Of a stretch of 64,000 bases of DNA, positions 26,202 to 39,566 are shown in pieces; the stretch's first letter is position 1, and every line of letters starts with the position of its first letter. The notes beneath the pieces were generated by a model. It did not search any database and had not been told where the DNA came from. It saw nothing but the letters and a program-made list of their open reading frames with translations. Origin of the DNA: Lytechinus pictus (lineage: Eukaryota); NCBI RefSeq assembly GCF_037042905.1, contig NC_087252.1, positions 8,992,001-9,056,000 of the forward strand, written 5' to 3'. The position numbers and the translations under genes are program-made.

Positions 26202-26939
26202 CCCAAAACAACATATATGACAGAACAAAACCTTTATCTCAGACAACGTCACAACGCAGCAATATTTTCAACGTAATGACATGCGCTATACAAGAACTGC
26301 GTTAGTATTATCATTATTGTTAATGCAAAAAAATAGAATCTAATCGAAACCAGCACAAACGCACGTTTTGTACAATTGGTTTTCAGTATTGTAAATAATA
26401 ATCTTGTTTGAAAAAGAAATAAATAATTGCTCTTTACTTCAGGTTTTTTGTAAATTATTTTTTTGTAAATTATTAAATACATGTATGTCCTTTTTTCGTA
26501 CCACGTTTATAATTTTTGTCATTACAATAATGTCTTTATACTTTCATAGGATTTATTGTATTTCCTTTCTTGTGATATTCTTGACGAATAAATTCAATTA
26601 CTCAATCAACCAACAGACATGACAGAACAAATTTTTATTTCAGACAGCTCAGCAATATTTTCAACGATACATGTAGAACGCTATGCTGGAAGAGCGTCTT
26701 TACGCATATTAGGGATTTTATAAACAACTTCTATCCCCAATTGTAGGAAAAATACATTCAACCTTGAATAATTTTTGTTCGATTTCAGAGTTTATTTTTA
26801 AGTCCAAACTTGTTACTTTTTATATTTCACGGTATGGACAAACACATAAGATATTTTGTTTTATTAGATCAGTGATATGAAAAAAATAAGAAAAGGCACC
26901 AAGCTTATACTGAAAGAGTTAACAGGTTTTGCTGCTGCA

Positions 26940-26957
26940 TGCTACTACAACTGATAT

Positions 26958-27019
<62 letters not shown>

Positions 27020-27041
27020 TTACTACTACTACTACTACTAT

Positions 27042-27087
<46 letters not shown>

Positions 27088-27119
27088 ACTACTACTACAT
27101 CTACTACTACTACTACTAC
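26940..27119. repeat. (CTA)n microsatellite
   Basis: Direct reading; appears to continue at 42277. Confidence 0.95.
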
Positions 27120-27369
27120 CCGGCGCGGATCCAAAATTTTGTGGGGAGGGGGGCCCAAATTTGACCTGATTTTTGGCGCCCATGTGTACTTTTCGAAAAA
27201 TGGCGCCCCCTCCCTCCCGGCCAGGCTAACTTAAATGTAGCTTAAATGCCTTGAATGTATTTTGAATTATCTTATTACATAATCACATAAAAAAAGGCAA
27301 TTAAAGACTACTTTTTTAATGTGTTCTTGAACAAAAAATCCATGAATATATAATGTAATATCAATGGGA

Positions 27370-28620
27370 GCGCGAAACGCGAGCGATTTTGGGGGGTCTC
27401 AATTTGGTTTAACTTCTCACCAGAGTAGGCCCTACTAGAATATTGTGTGAACGGGAGCTGTAGTTTCTTTACTAGTTGTTTAGAATAGCCCTTATTAATA
27501 TCAATGATAACCTCTTGGGAATAATGCAATCTCGAAGCAATCGACTCAATCTCCTCATCAGTAGCGAAGCTGTGATTTATTCAGCAGGGTTGCACGGGGG
27601 GGGGGGGGGCTTGTTGAACTTTTGTAGAGGGCACCAAGATAAAACAATAAAAATAAAATGGGGGTAGAAGTTAAAGAAATTCCGAAATTTTATTCTTAAA
27701 AACACATTGAGGTATCTCACAAGGCCTAAATAAATAATGATAACGCGAAGCGCGATATATTTGACATAAAATTTGGAAAATAATATTATATTTCACCATA
27801 ATCCCTTTCCTTTTCTCTCTTTTTTTTCTTGGTCGGGATTTTTTTTTGGGGGGGGGGGGAAAAAACGCCCATGTCCTAACATTCATTTCTTAGCTTTACT
27901 TTATAAACAACATTAATGTGCAATAATCTCATAAGCCCTATGCGAGGAAAAAAAAATTAAATTTCATGTATTTTGACCTGAAAATTGAACATTCTGGGCA
28001 ATGTTTGTGAACCTGAACAAGATGCGTATGTAACTAGATAATTACTACGAGCGCGAAGCGCGAGCAGAAATTTTTAATGTGCGTTCTGACCTGGTCGAAA
28101 AAGGACCTGTTAAGGAAGTTTTGCAGTTAGCCATTAAGACAATACATATTTCAACGATTAAATAATGCGAGCGCGAAGCGCGAGCTGAACATTTTTGATA
28201 TTCCAACCTAAAAAATTAGATTTCAAACCCCCAACGGGACACTCGATTCATGTTTTGTCACTCATGAAAAATGATGGGTAGTTTTTGGTATCTTCCTACA
28301 TTAATAATGCGAGCGCAAAGCGCGATCTAAAACTGGATAATTTTAGCACGTTTTTAATAAGATCAAGATGCGTATCTTGATAAACATGCATGCACGTGTT
28401 TTAGAGTTAGACAAAATCTGGGCATTCTGAATACATTTCATTTTTCATCATGAAAATCAATAATGCGAGCGCGGATCGCGAGCTGGAAATAATATTTGAA
28501 ATTCCGATATGAAATGGGTCAATTTAAGCAATATTTAAAGCACTGTGTATATAGGGGAATTGTGAAGTGGATGTGGAAAGTACTTAATAAATGATTCGAG
28601 CGCGAAGCGCGAGCTGATAT
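27370..28620. repeat. Diverged ~115-bp internal repeats anchored on GCGAGCGCGAAGCGCGAGC
   Basis: Motif near 28048, 28167, 28289, 28465, 28597; also 31501-32195, 35205-35610, and inverted at 44817-45582. Confidence 0.75.
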
Positions 28621-28959
28621 TTTATTATTATATAGGATCGAGACATTTTAGGCCTAAGGACATTTTGTCATATAAAAATGATGCCTATCTTTTATTCCTC
28701 TTCCTAGAACGTGTCGATATTTTTTTTTGAAAAAGGACAATTTAGTTATGAATTCATAAAAATTGTATTTCATATTTGAAGAGTTTAGTTGCAAAAGGGG
28801 TTAGGTCCACTTTGGACCATTCCGAGAAAAACCATGTTTTTTATTCTCACTTATTGCAAAAGTCTTATGAGAAACTAAATTGTCATGATGTACTACCCTA
28901 TCATGTGAACATAAAATTGGGTATAAAAGAAATCTACCTGTCTTCAATTTTTTTCTATA

Positions 28960-29780
28960 CAGTGCGTCCCAGAAAAAACGAAACCGAGATTAAGCGATGA
29001 TTTATCATAACTTAATCACAAATACAATAGACAAATGACCTACCAATGTAAAGCTTAGAATCTCCTCTTTCATCTGATATTACTTAGATTATTCCCCATT
29101 CACGCATGAGTGAGCAAAAACAATTTGAAGAAAGAATACCAAAAACTCATTTGGCGGGGGGTATCTGAATTTCAAAAAGAAAATCACATGCCTAAAAAGT
29201 TCAATATCTGCTCTTTTATTTGATACCTTAATCATCAAAATTGGTCAACAAGTAAACAAGTTATATTCCCTCAAAACAAAGCTTGTATTTCCATAATTTC
29301 ATTAAATAAACGTGTTTTCAGCGGTTTCCCACAGAAGCTATCGCATGGTTAACAAAAGACTTAATGCATGGCTGATCGTCAACAAAACGGAGTGTCAAGT
29401 GAGTTTGAAAGCTAGCCTGCAGAACCTCTCAATTTTATGAAATTATTGAAATTCAAGCCTTATTTCAAACAACCAGAACTTTGTTATTTCTTGACCATTT
29501 TCTGTAATTGAGGTATCAAATTAAAGAGCAGATATTGAATTTTTTTTTAAATGTGGTTTTCTTTTTGAAACCCAGATACAGCCCGCCAAATGACTTTTTG
29601 GTATCCTCTCTTCAAATTGTTTTTGCTCACTCATGCGTGAATGAGATATAATCCTAGTAATTTCAGATGAAAGAGGAGATTCTAAGCTTTACAATGGTAG
29701 GTCATTTGTCAATTTTTTTTGTGATTAAGTTATGATAAATTATCGATAAATCTCGGTTTCGTTTTTTGTGGGACGCACTG
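28960..29780. mobile_element. Tc1/mariner-like foldback MITE
   Basis: TA|CAGTGCGTCCCA...AAACGAAACCGAGATT with inverse ending GGGACGCACTG|TA; inverted arms ~300 bp. Confidence 0.9.
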
Positions 29781-29849
29781 TATATCTTTAAAAAAATTAT
29801 CATTGTGGACCTAACCCCTTTTGCAACTAAACTGAAATGAATCCAATCT

Positions 29850-30810
29850 CTTTTCATAAGGTTCATAAGGTTCATAAGGTAGTATTTATTGTCCAGATAA
29901 ATAAATAAGTGGACATTTGCATTTTTACATGGTATTGAACATACATAACATAGCATAGAAAATGAACATATTTACAGAAAATCAAACAATCACATATAGT
30001 CAATTATGATATACACGTGCAAATGCTACCCACTGGGTAGCATTTGAAAAAAATACTGTTATTGACATTAAAATTAAGATTGAAATGGAAATCTGAACTG
30101 AAAGTTAGATATCGGATATTGAATTGAAATTGCATTAGAATTGTAATAAATCAGTACTATAAATCTTCACAGCATTGTCCACTTGTAATTGTTATTGTTA
30201 TCAGTATTTACATATTATTTTTATTTTCAATATTGTTGTTTTAAAGAATTAACATCAACTACCCGACAAGGTAAATTTACATTATTAGGCATATCATTAT
30301 TCTTATACAATCCCTTCCTCATTCAGCATTCGGATTGAGCTTGGCACGAATGAGTTTAAGAACCTATTTGTTCGACAACGTGCCGACCGTAGTCTATTAT
30401 GAGATCTCATCCTTTCGTAGTTTACATTCAATGGGTGATCATTATTGTATAGTATCTCTTTTGCCTTTTCAAGTATTCTGTTTCGACATACATCAGTGAG
30501 GTTAAGGTCGGGTCCTGTTATTTGTTCTGCTTGTCTGACCATTCTACTTAGTATATTCAGATCTTTTTTTGCGACAGCTTGTGAACCAAACCACACAATC
30601 AAATATGAGGATGCTTTCAATAAGTGATCTATAGAATAAAACCATTATGGTGCGGTCAACATGGAATGACTTCAATTTTCTTATGAAATACATCCGTTGT
30701 ATTGCCTTCTTGTAAATTGAATTGCATTGATCTCCCCATTTTAATCCATCGTCCATAATCTAAGAATTTGAACTTATGAACTATTTCAATGTCCTCTTCA
30801 TTGATTAAAA
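29850..30810 (-). mobile_element. 5'-truncated Rex1/Babar-like LINE with frameshifted RT C-terminus
   Basis: DDGLKW...KKAIQRMYFIRKLKSF...FYRSLIESIL / VWFG...DHPL...RLRSARCRTNRFLNSFVPSSIRMLN; 3' (CCTTATGAA)n tail at 29852-29880. Confidence 0.88.
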
Positions 30811-31572
30811 TTGTGATTTTTCTTTGCCACTTTCATTCACGTGTTCATTTGAATTTCAAATTTTCTTTCATATCATCAGAGTGACTAAAAATTTAGAGGT
30901 TTAGAGACAGAAAACAATAAAATTTATGAAAAATGGACCTAACCCATTTTGACAAATGAGTTCTTCAGAAGAGTTTTGTTGCAAAAGGGGTTAGGTCCAC
31001 TCCAAGAAAATAATTTTTTAAATTCTCCCATATTGCAATATTTTTATGCGAAACTGAATTTTCATGATACCCTTCCATGAGAACATTAAATTGGGTATAA
31101 AAGAAATCTACCTGTCTTCATATATTTTATGATATACTTTTCCAAAAAAATTATGTTTGGACCTAACCCCTTTTGCAACTAAACTGAAATGGACCTAAAC
31201 CCTTTTGAAAAAAAGTGGTTTTTCTTTGCCATTTTAGTTCACTTTTTAATAGGAATTTCAACTTTTCTTTGGTATCATCTCATAGAGCTACTAAAAATCT
31301 ATCCATTGAGACATAAAAATCAAATTTGATGAAAAATGGACCTAACCCCTTTTGCAAGTGAGCTCTTCATTTATTAATCTAATAAGCCTAATGAGTGCGT
31401 GAAATCTGTTGACAGTGCATGAGGCCTGAAAAACTGGATATTTTATATTTTTTGTAATCATGAACAGCATTCATGGGTTGATACATTTATAGCAAATAAT
31501 GCGAGCGCAAATCGCGATCCGAAATTTTTAAATGGGGGGAATTCAAGTAGTTTGTTACAGAATATATAGGTA

Positions 31573-34553
31573 CAGTGACGTACCGTGGGTCACGGCATTG
31601 GGGGGGGGCACCACCACAAATTTGGTGTCACTTAGGGAGCGCGCTCAGTTGCCAGGTATGCTGACCTAATAGAGAAATTTTAAGGACATGCAATGCCATT
31701 AAACGGATAAGTATGTCACTGATTAAATAATGCGATCGCGAAGCGCGAGCTGAAAATTTTTGATATTCAGACCAAAAAGAGACATTATAAGCAAATTGTT
31801 TGTAATCGTGATACCTACCTGTCTCGCTAAACAAACAATGCGAGCGCGAAACTCGAGCTGAAATTTTTGTATATATTGACCCCAAACAGGGACATTTTAA
31901 GGACTTTATTTTAGGTATCCATTAAGAGTATAAATATCTCAGCATAGTCATCTAATGATAGTGGCATCCTTTGCTGATTTTGTTAGAATTACATCTAAAC
32001 ATATGAAGCACTTTTTGTTGTCATAGTAATCATGATTATCATACGCATCTCACTAATCAAATACTGCGAGCGCGCAGCGAGCTGAAAATTTATGAAATTC
32101 AGACCTGAAGAGGGGCATTCTAAGGCTTGTTTGTAGGAATTCACTAAGTCCTTACATATTTCACTAACTAAATGATGCGAGCGCGAAGCGCGAGCTAAAA
32201 TTTTTTGATATTCAGATCAGAAAAATTGACATTTTAAGAACTGATTTTAGGAATTCATGAAGAGCAGACATCTCATCAATCGGCTCGGTGTAAAAATGGC
32301 AGAGGCAAAAATGGCAGAGGCAATAATGGCAGAGGTAAAAATGGCAGAGGTAAAAATGGCAGAGGTAAAAATGGCAGATGTAAAAATAGCAGAAGTAAAA
32401 ATGGCAGAGGTAATAATGGCAGAAGTGAAAATGGCAGAGGTAATAATGGCAGAGGTAAAAATGGCAGAGGTTATAATGGGAGAGGTAAAAATGACAGCTC
32501 TAGGTAAAATATGGCCAGTCTTAAACCCCCATGCAATGAATTGTCAAAAAGCCCCTGCATGTACATACATTAAATAAGAAGTGCATGTCACGGTTAGGCA
32601 TTTCATCATCATTATGTCTTCATCGGCCTAACAATGCTATTTACGAATTCGTTGGAGGTGTACCGTGAACGCTTTTTAAAAAGAAATCAAACGACAGATT
32701 TTTTTTCATTCAATTTATCAGGAACAAAATGAAACTGCACTATTCTCATTCATCATTTCATAACATTCCTTTTTGTCTGGCTGGTTTCTTTATATCTATT
32801 TTTTTTTGTTACCTTGGTATTTTTTTTCTTATGCCTATTATTGCCATTGTTGTAAGTTGTTATATTTCTTCTATGCCCCCAGGAGGGGCCGTCAAAGAAA
32901 TAAAATCATTGTCATTGTCATTGTCATTGCCAGGTTTACCGATGCAAAAAGGAGGAAGAGTAGACATAAGAGAGGTGGAGAGACAGAGTGGGTTACGGGG
33001 GCGGGGAACAACATAGAGAACATAGCGGGGAAAGCTTAGACGTTGAAATTGTCACGAATGATTGTGGTTAAATATTATGTCCTTATTTGTAATGTCGTCT
33101 GTACTATTCTTTTTAAATATTTGAATGACAATAAGCATGCGTTCCCAGGCTTGGCACTGAATATGTAACTGATTATGAAAATCAATAATAATCCTGTTTT
33201 GAATGGTAAACCAATTTGGGGTCGATCGAGGGGGACCGTCTGGTTCAGATTCTTTGCATAAAAGAAGACCCTGAACCTTAACCACTGCATCCAATATGAT
33301 ATAAACGCCTTGATGGTCATAACCCTTGGAAGCGAAAGTACTGTTGGGTATTTTGTACACCATAAGCAGCACCCTCTTGGTAATTAACTTGGTATGCTAA
33401 AATGTAGAGATTTGATACAAATCTGTTATTTTTCAAACAGAAAAAAAACATTGTTTATTATCTAATTGGTATTATTTTTGTTGTAATTCGTTTTCTGACC
33501 TAAAAGAACTTCATTTAGTTGAAATAATTTTTGTGTAATTTTCCCCCTTAACCAAATCCCCTTCCATTTTGGATTGAAAACTTTTTTTCTCGGCTTTTTA
33601 ACAAACCGGTACCCCATTTTTCAATAACTTTTCAAAAGTAAGTGGTGCTCACTCAAGCGGAAATATTTTTCGACAGTTATATCGTCATTTGTTTAAATGG
33701 ATCTGTACCAATGTTAAAATGTGGAAAAATCTTCAGGATGTTACATGCGGGGGCATTTTGACAATTCATTGCATGGGGGTTTAAGACTGGCCATATTTTA
33801 CCTAGAGCTGTCATTTTTACCTCTCCCATTATAACCCCTGCCATTTTACCTCTGCCATTATTACCTCTGCGAATTTTACCTTTGCCATTTTTACCTCTGC
33901 CATTTTTGCCTCTGCCATTTTTACCTCTGCCATTTTTACCTCTGCCATTATATTATTACCTCTGCTATTTTTACTTCTGACATTTTTACCTCTGCCATTT
34001 TCACCTCTGCCATTTTTACCTCTGCCATTTTTACCTCTGCCATTTTTACCTCTGCCATTATTACCTCTGCCATTTTTATTTCTGCCATTTTTACCTCTGC
34101 CATTTTGACCTCTGCCATTTTTACCTCTGCCATTATTACCTCTGCCATTTTTACCTGGCACCCACCAATCAACTAATGCAAACGTAAGCATGGACAGGAA
34201 ATGTTTTATATTAAGACCCTAAAATTGGGCAATCACTTTAAGTAGTCATGAAAAAGAAGCAAATGTCACTACATAAAACAATAATAACTCGAAATGCGAG
34301 GAAATATATTTGGTGTATATTGATTTGAAAACGGGAGGTTTTAGTACAACAGGATTATACTTCTCGTTAAACAGTCCACGCGAGCACCAGGAACAATGAA
34401 GACATAGGCCCTGAGCAAACTGTTTCATAAAGTCATGAAAAAAAAGCTTCTTATGTAAAATAATTATGATATAATATAACATTATAATAAACAATAATTA
34501 TTTTTTTGGGGGGGGGGACGTGCCCCCCATGCCCCCTGATAGTTACGCCACTG
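31573..34553. mobile_element. Non-autonomous hAT-like element
   Basis: CAGTGACGTA / TACGCCACTG termini; perfect 8-bp TSD TATAGGTA at 31565-31572 and 34554-34561. Confidence 0.85.
32281..34160. mobile_element. TIR element with inverted 15-bp subterminal arrays (GGTAAAAATGGCAGA)n
   Basis: Arrays at 32290-32490 (+) and 33815-34157 (-), each joined to an ~80-bp unique inverted arm; flanks ATCAAT/ACCAAT. Confidence 0.82.
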
Positions 34554-34694
34554 TATAGGTATACAGAAATCACCAATAAAAATGCGAGCGCACAGCGCTA
34601 GCTCATAGGCCTTCATTTTGACAATCGAGACACCTGAAAAGGAATATTTTGAGAATCTTATAGGAAATACACAAAGATAATAGGTAGGCCAACA

Positions 34695-35197
34695 ACATTT
34701 TAAAGTTTCGCTTAATTTCACAAACCAGTTATATTCACATCCTTGTCGGTATGCAAATGAGGAGACTGATGACATCACTCACTCACTACTTCTTTTTGTA
34801 TTTTAGTATATGAAATATGAAATATTCCATTTTTCTCTGTTGTCGTGTGAAACAACGATTAATTCCTCCCTGAACATGAGCAATTAGCATTGTTTAATAC
34901 TAAATGGTTCAATCAAGTTGGTTCATATTGTAAAATCTGTAAAAAATGAAATATTGTAAAACTCTAACAATAAAAAACAAAGGAATTCGTGAGTGAGGGA
35001 CATTATCGACTGTCTCATTTGCATGTCACTGAGTTGTGCATATCACTGTTTTGTGAAAAATAAGCAAAATTTTAAAATGTCATAATTTTCTTATTTTACA
35101 TCCGATTTTGATGAAATTTTCAGCATAATGCTTGTTTGATTTTTCTCTATTTATTCAAATCAACATTTTTTTTATGGGGGGTCGACTTGTCCTTTAA
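34695..35197. mobile_element. TTAA-bounded element, right part (Kolobok/Crypton-like MITE)
   Basis: Ends GACTTGTCCTTTAA; same family starts TTAAAGGACAAGTCCACCCC at 54783; duplicate at 38467-38969. Confidence 0.6.
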
Positions 35198-35794
35198 GAA
35201 ATGAATGCGAGCGCGAAGCTTTTTCAGTTTAGTAGATTAGAATATAAAATATTTTCAGCTTGTGCTTCTCGTTCGCATAAAAAAAAACCTGTGAGGTCGG
35301 GATGCGTATATAACTAAACAGTGATGCGAGCGCGTAGCGCGAGCTCAATCTTTTATATACTGACTTAAGAAGGACTCTTTTAAGGTATAATTCCTATTCT
35401 AAAAGTTTTTCCTTTTTCTCTTCGTCTTTTTTTTTCTTTTTCTTTCCTTTTTTTGCGCCACCATGGGGGGGGGGGCAAAAACTTTGCCCCCTGGATCGGC
35501 CTATGTATATTGACTTGAAAAACACTAACATTTTAAGGACTTATGTACGTGTGATCGATGGAGAGGATACACACCTCACTAATCAAATATTGCGAGCGCG
35601 TAGCGCCAGCTGAATTTGATATTTACCCCTTTTCTGACCCTGAACAGGTTACCTATCTTGCCAAACAAACTTCAAACTCGAGCACATTGATTTTTGTCTA
35701 TTATCGTAAAAACAGGATGTTTTAAATCAGCCGCATTAATTTAACCTTTTTGGGCAGGAAATAAATTTCACTATAAACAGGCAATACGAGCAAT

Positions 35795-37580
35795 GTTGCG
35801 CCCCTGGTCGAACATGAATTTGCATGGAGCCCCCTAAGTTCAAGGTCAATTTGGCGCCCTCGGTTGAACATGAATTTGGCGCCATGTGAAATATCACTTT
35901 GCCCTCCCCCTTCTGAAACATGTCGCCTTATGGTCAAACATCAAATTAGCGCTCCCCTAGTTCGAACATCAATTTGGCGCCCCGCTAGTTTGAACATCAA
36001 TTCGGCGCTCCCCTAGTTCGAACATCAATTTGGCGCCCCGCCCAGTTCAAACATCAATTTGGCGCCCCCATCTAGTTCGAAAATTAATTCGCCCCCTCCC
36101 CCTTGTTCAAACATCAATTCGGCGCCCCATAGTTCGAACGTCATTTTGGCGCCGCCTAGTTCGAACATCAATTTGGCGCCCCCCTCGTTCGAACATCAAT
36201 TTGGCGCCCCAAGTTCGAATAGCAATTCGGCGCCCCCTAGTTCGAACATAAATTTGGCGACCCTAGTTTGAATATTCAATCGGCGCCCCCCTACGTCGAA
36301 CATCTATTTGGCCTCCCTAGGTCGAACATCAATTTGGCGCCCCCAGTTGGAACATCAAATTGGCGCCCCTAGTTCGAATATCAATTCGGCGCCCCCTAGT
36401 TCAAACATCAATGTGGTGACCCTAGTTCGAACATCGATTCGGCGCCCCCCCCCCTAGTTCGATCATCAATTTGCCCCCCCCCCCCCGTTCGAACATCAAT
36501 TCGACCCCCAGTTCGAACATCATTTTGGCATCCCTGCGAACTGAATTTGGCTTCCCTAGTTCGAAAATCATTTCGCCCCCTAGCTCGAGTATCAATTTGG
36601 CGCCCCCCTAGTTTGAGTATCAGTTTGGCGCCCCCCTAGCTCGAACATCGATTCGCCCCCTCCCCCCTAGTTCGAGTATCAATTTGGCGCCTTCAGTTCG
36701 AACATCATTTTAACATCCCTTCGAACATCATTTTGGCGCCCTCCTAGATCGAATATCAATTCGGCGCCCCTACATGTAGGTCCAACATCAATTTGGCGCC
36801 CCATAGTTCGAGTATCAATTTGGCGCACCCTAGTTCCAACATCAATTCTGAGCCCCCCTAGTTCGAGTATCAATTTGGCGTCCCCCTAGTTCGAACATCG
36901 ATTCGGCCCCTCCCCCCCCCCCCTAGTTCGAGTATCAATTTGGCGCCCCCAGTTCGAACATCATTTTAACATCCCTTCGAACATCATTTCGGCGTCCCCT
37001 AGCTCCGAATATCAATTCGGCGCCCCTACATGTAGGTCCAACATCAATTTGGCGCCTCTAGTTCGAATATCATTTCGGCCCCCCTAGCTCGAGTATCAAT
37101 TTGGCGCCCCCTAGTTCCAACATCAATTCTGAGCCCCCCTATTTCGAGTATCAATTTGGCGTCCCCCTAGTTCGAACATCGATTCGGCCCCCTCCCCCCC
37201 CCCCCTAGTTCGAGTATCAATTTGGCGCCCCCAGTTCGAACATCATTTTAACATCCCTTCGAACATCATTTCGGCGCCCTCCTAGTTCGAATATCAATTC
37301 GGCGCCCCTACATGTAGGTCCAACATCAATTTGGCGCCCCTAGTTCGAATATCATTTCGCCCCCCCCCCCTTGCTCGAGTATCAATTTGGCGCCCCCTAG
37401 TTCCAACATCAATTCTGAGCCCCCCTAGTTCGAGTATCAATTTGGCGTCCCCCTAGTTCGAACATCGATTCGGCCCCCTCCCCCCCCCCTAGTTCGAGTA
37501 TCAATCTGGCGCCCCCAGTTCGAACATCATTTTGACATTCATTCGAACATCATTTCGGCGCCCTTTTGGTTCGAACATCA
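35795..37580. repeat. ~27-bp satellite TAGTTCGAACATCAATTTGGCGCCCCC
   Basis: Dozens of tandem units with a higher-order block in the distal part. Confidence 0.95.
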
Positions 37581-38112
37581 TTTTCTTTCCTCCTCTTCCT
37601 CTTTTTTCTTCTCGTCCTTCCCCTCTTCCTCTCCCCTTTTCTTCTTTTCTTTCTCTCTTTTTTTTTCTTTTCTTTCCTCCCTCTTCCTCTCTCCTTTTTT
37701 TCCTTTTCTTTCCCCTCTTCCTCTTTTTTCTTCCCCCTCTCCCCCTCCCTTTTCTTCTCTTCCTTTCCCCTTTTCTTCCCCCCTCCTCTCTCCTTTTTTC
37801 TCTTCTTTCTTCCCTTTTCCTCTCTCTCCTTTTTCTCCTTTTCCTTTCCCTTCTTCCTCTCTCTTCCCCCCCTCTTCTTTCCCCGCTTCCTCTTTTTTCT
37901 TCCCCCTCCCCCTCCCTTTTTCTTCTCTTCCTTCCCCCTCTTCCTCTTTTTTCTCTTTCTTTCCCCTCTTCTTCTCCTTTTTTTTCTTCTTTTCTTTCCC
38001 CTCTTCTTTTTTCTTCTTTTCTTTCCCCTCTCTTTTTTCTTCTCTTCTTTCCTCCCTCTTCCTCTCTCTCCTTTTCTTTTCCCCTCTTCCTCTTTTTAGT
38101 ACCTCTTCCTCT
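37581..38112. repeat. Polypyrimidine tract
   Basis: Almost exclusively C/T on the + strand. Confidence 0.95.
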
Positions 38113-39566
38113 TTAGTACAACAGGATTATACTTCTCGTTAAACAGTCCACGCGAGCACCAGGAACAATGAAGACATAGGCCCTGAGCAAACTGTTTCAT
38201 AAAGTCATGAAAAAAAAGCTTCTTATGTAAAATAATTATGATATAATATAACATTATAATAAACAATAATTATTTTTTTTGGGGGGGGGACGTGCCCCCC
38301 ATGCCCCCTGATAGTTACGCCACTGTATAGGTATACAGAAATCACCAATAAAAATGCGAGCGCACAGCGCTAGCTCATAGGCCTTCATTTTGACAATCGA
38401 GACACCTGAAAAGGAATATTTTGAGAATCTTATAGGAAATACACAAAGATAATAGGTAGGCCAACAACATTTTAAAGTTTCGCTTAATTTCACAAACCAG
38501 TTATATTCACATCCTTGTCGGTATGCAAATGAGGAGACTGATGACATCACTCACTCACTACTTCTTTTTGTATTTTAGTATATGAAATATGAAATATTCC
38601 ATTTTTCTCTGTTGTCGTGTGAAACAACGATTAATTCCTCCCTGAACATGAGCAATTAGCATTGTTTAATACTAAATGGTTCAATCAAGTTGGTTCATAT
38701 TGTAAAATCTGTAAAAAATGAAATATTGTAAAACTCTAACAATAAAAAACAAAGGAATTCGTGAGTGAGGGACATTATCGACTGTCTCATTTGCATGTCA
38801 CTGAGTTGTGCATATCACTGTTTTGTGAAAAATAAGCAAAATTTTAAAATGTCATAATTTTCTTATTTTACATCCGATTTTGATGAAATTTTCAGCATAA
38901 TGCTTGTTTGATTTTTCTCTATTTATTCAAATCAACATTTTTTTTATGGGGGGTCGACTTGTCCTTTAAGAAATGAATGCGAGCGCGAAGCTTTTTCAGT
39001 TTAGTAGATTAGAATATAAAATATTTTCAGCTTGTGCTTCTCGTTCGCATAAAAAAAAACCTGTGAGGTCGGGATGCGTATATAACTAAACAGTGATGCG
39101 AGCGCGTAGCGCGAGCTCAATCTTTTATATACTGACTTAAGAAGGACTCTTTTAAGGTATAATTCCTATTCTAAAAGTTTTTCCTTTTTCTCTTCGTCTT
39201 TTTTTTTCTTTTTCTTTCCTTTTTTTGCGCCACCATGGGGGGGGGGGCAAAAACTTTGCCCCCTGGATCGGCCTATGTATATTGACTTGAAAAACACTAA
39301 CATTTTAAGGACTTATGTACGTGTGATCGATGGAGAGGATACACACCTCACTAATCAAATATTGCGAGCGCGTAGCGCCAGCTGAATTTGATATTTACCC
39401 CTTTTCTGACCCTGAACAGGTTACCTATCTTGCCAAACAAACTTCAAACTCGAGCACATTGATTTTTGTCTATTATCGTAAAAACAGGATGTTTTAAATC
39501 AGCCGCATTAATTTAACCTTTTTGGGCAGGAAATAAATTTCACTATAAACAGGCAATACGAGCAAT

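Larger units (their letters stand above)
28778..31368. mobile_element. Head-to-tail dimer of a Sola1-like MITE (monomers 28778-30966 and 30968-31368)
   Basis: TIR GAAGAG...TTGCAAAAGGGGTTAGGTCCA / TGGACCTAACCCCTTTTGCAA...CTCTTC; outer 4-bp TSD ATTT (AWWT). Confidence 0.72.

Noticed and set aside
32257..32577. (MAEVK)n protein
   Set aside because: 15-bp subterminal repeat mirrored on the opposite strand at 33815-34157
35795..37580. CRISPR-like array
   Set aside because: Contiguous monomers with no unique spacers, no cas genes, eukaryotic context
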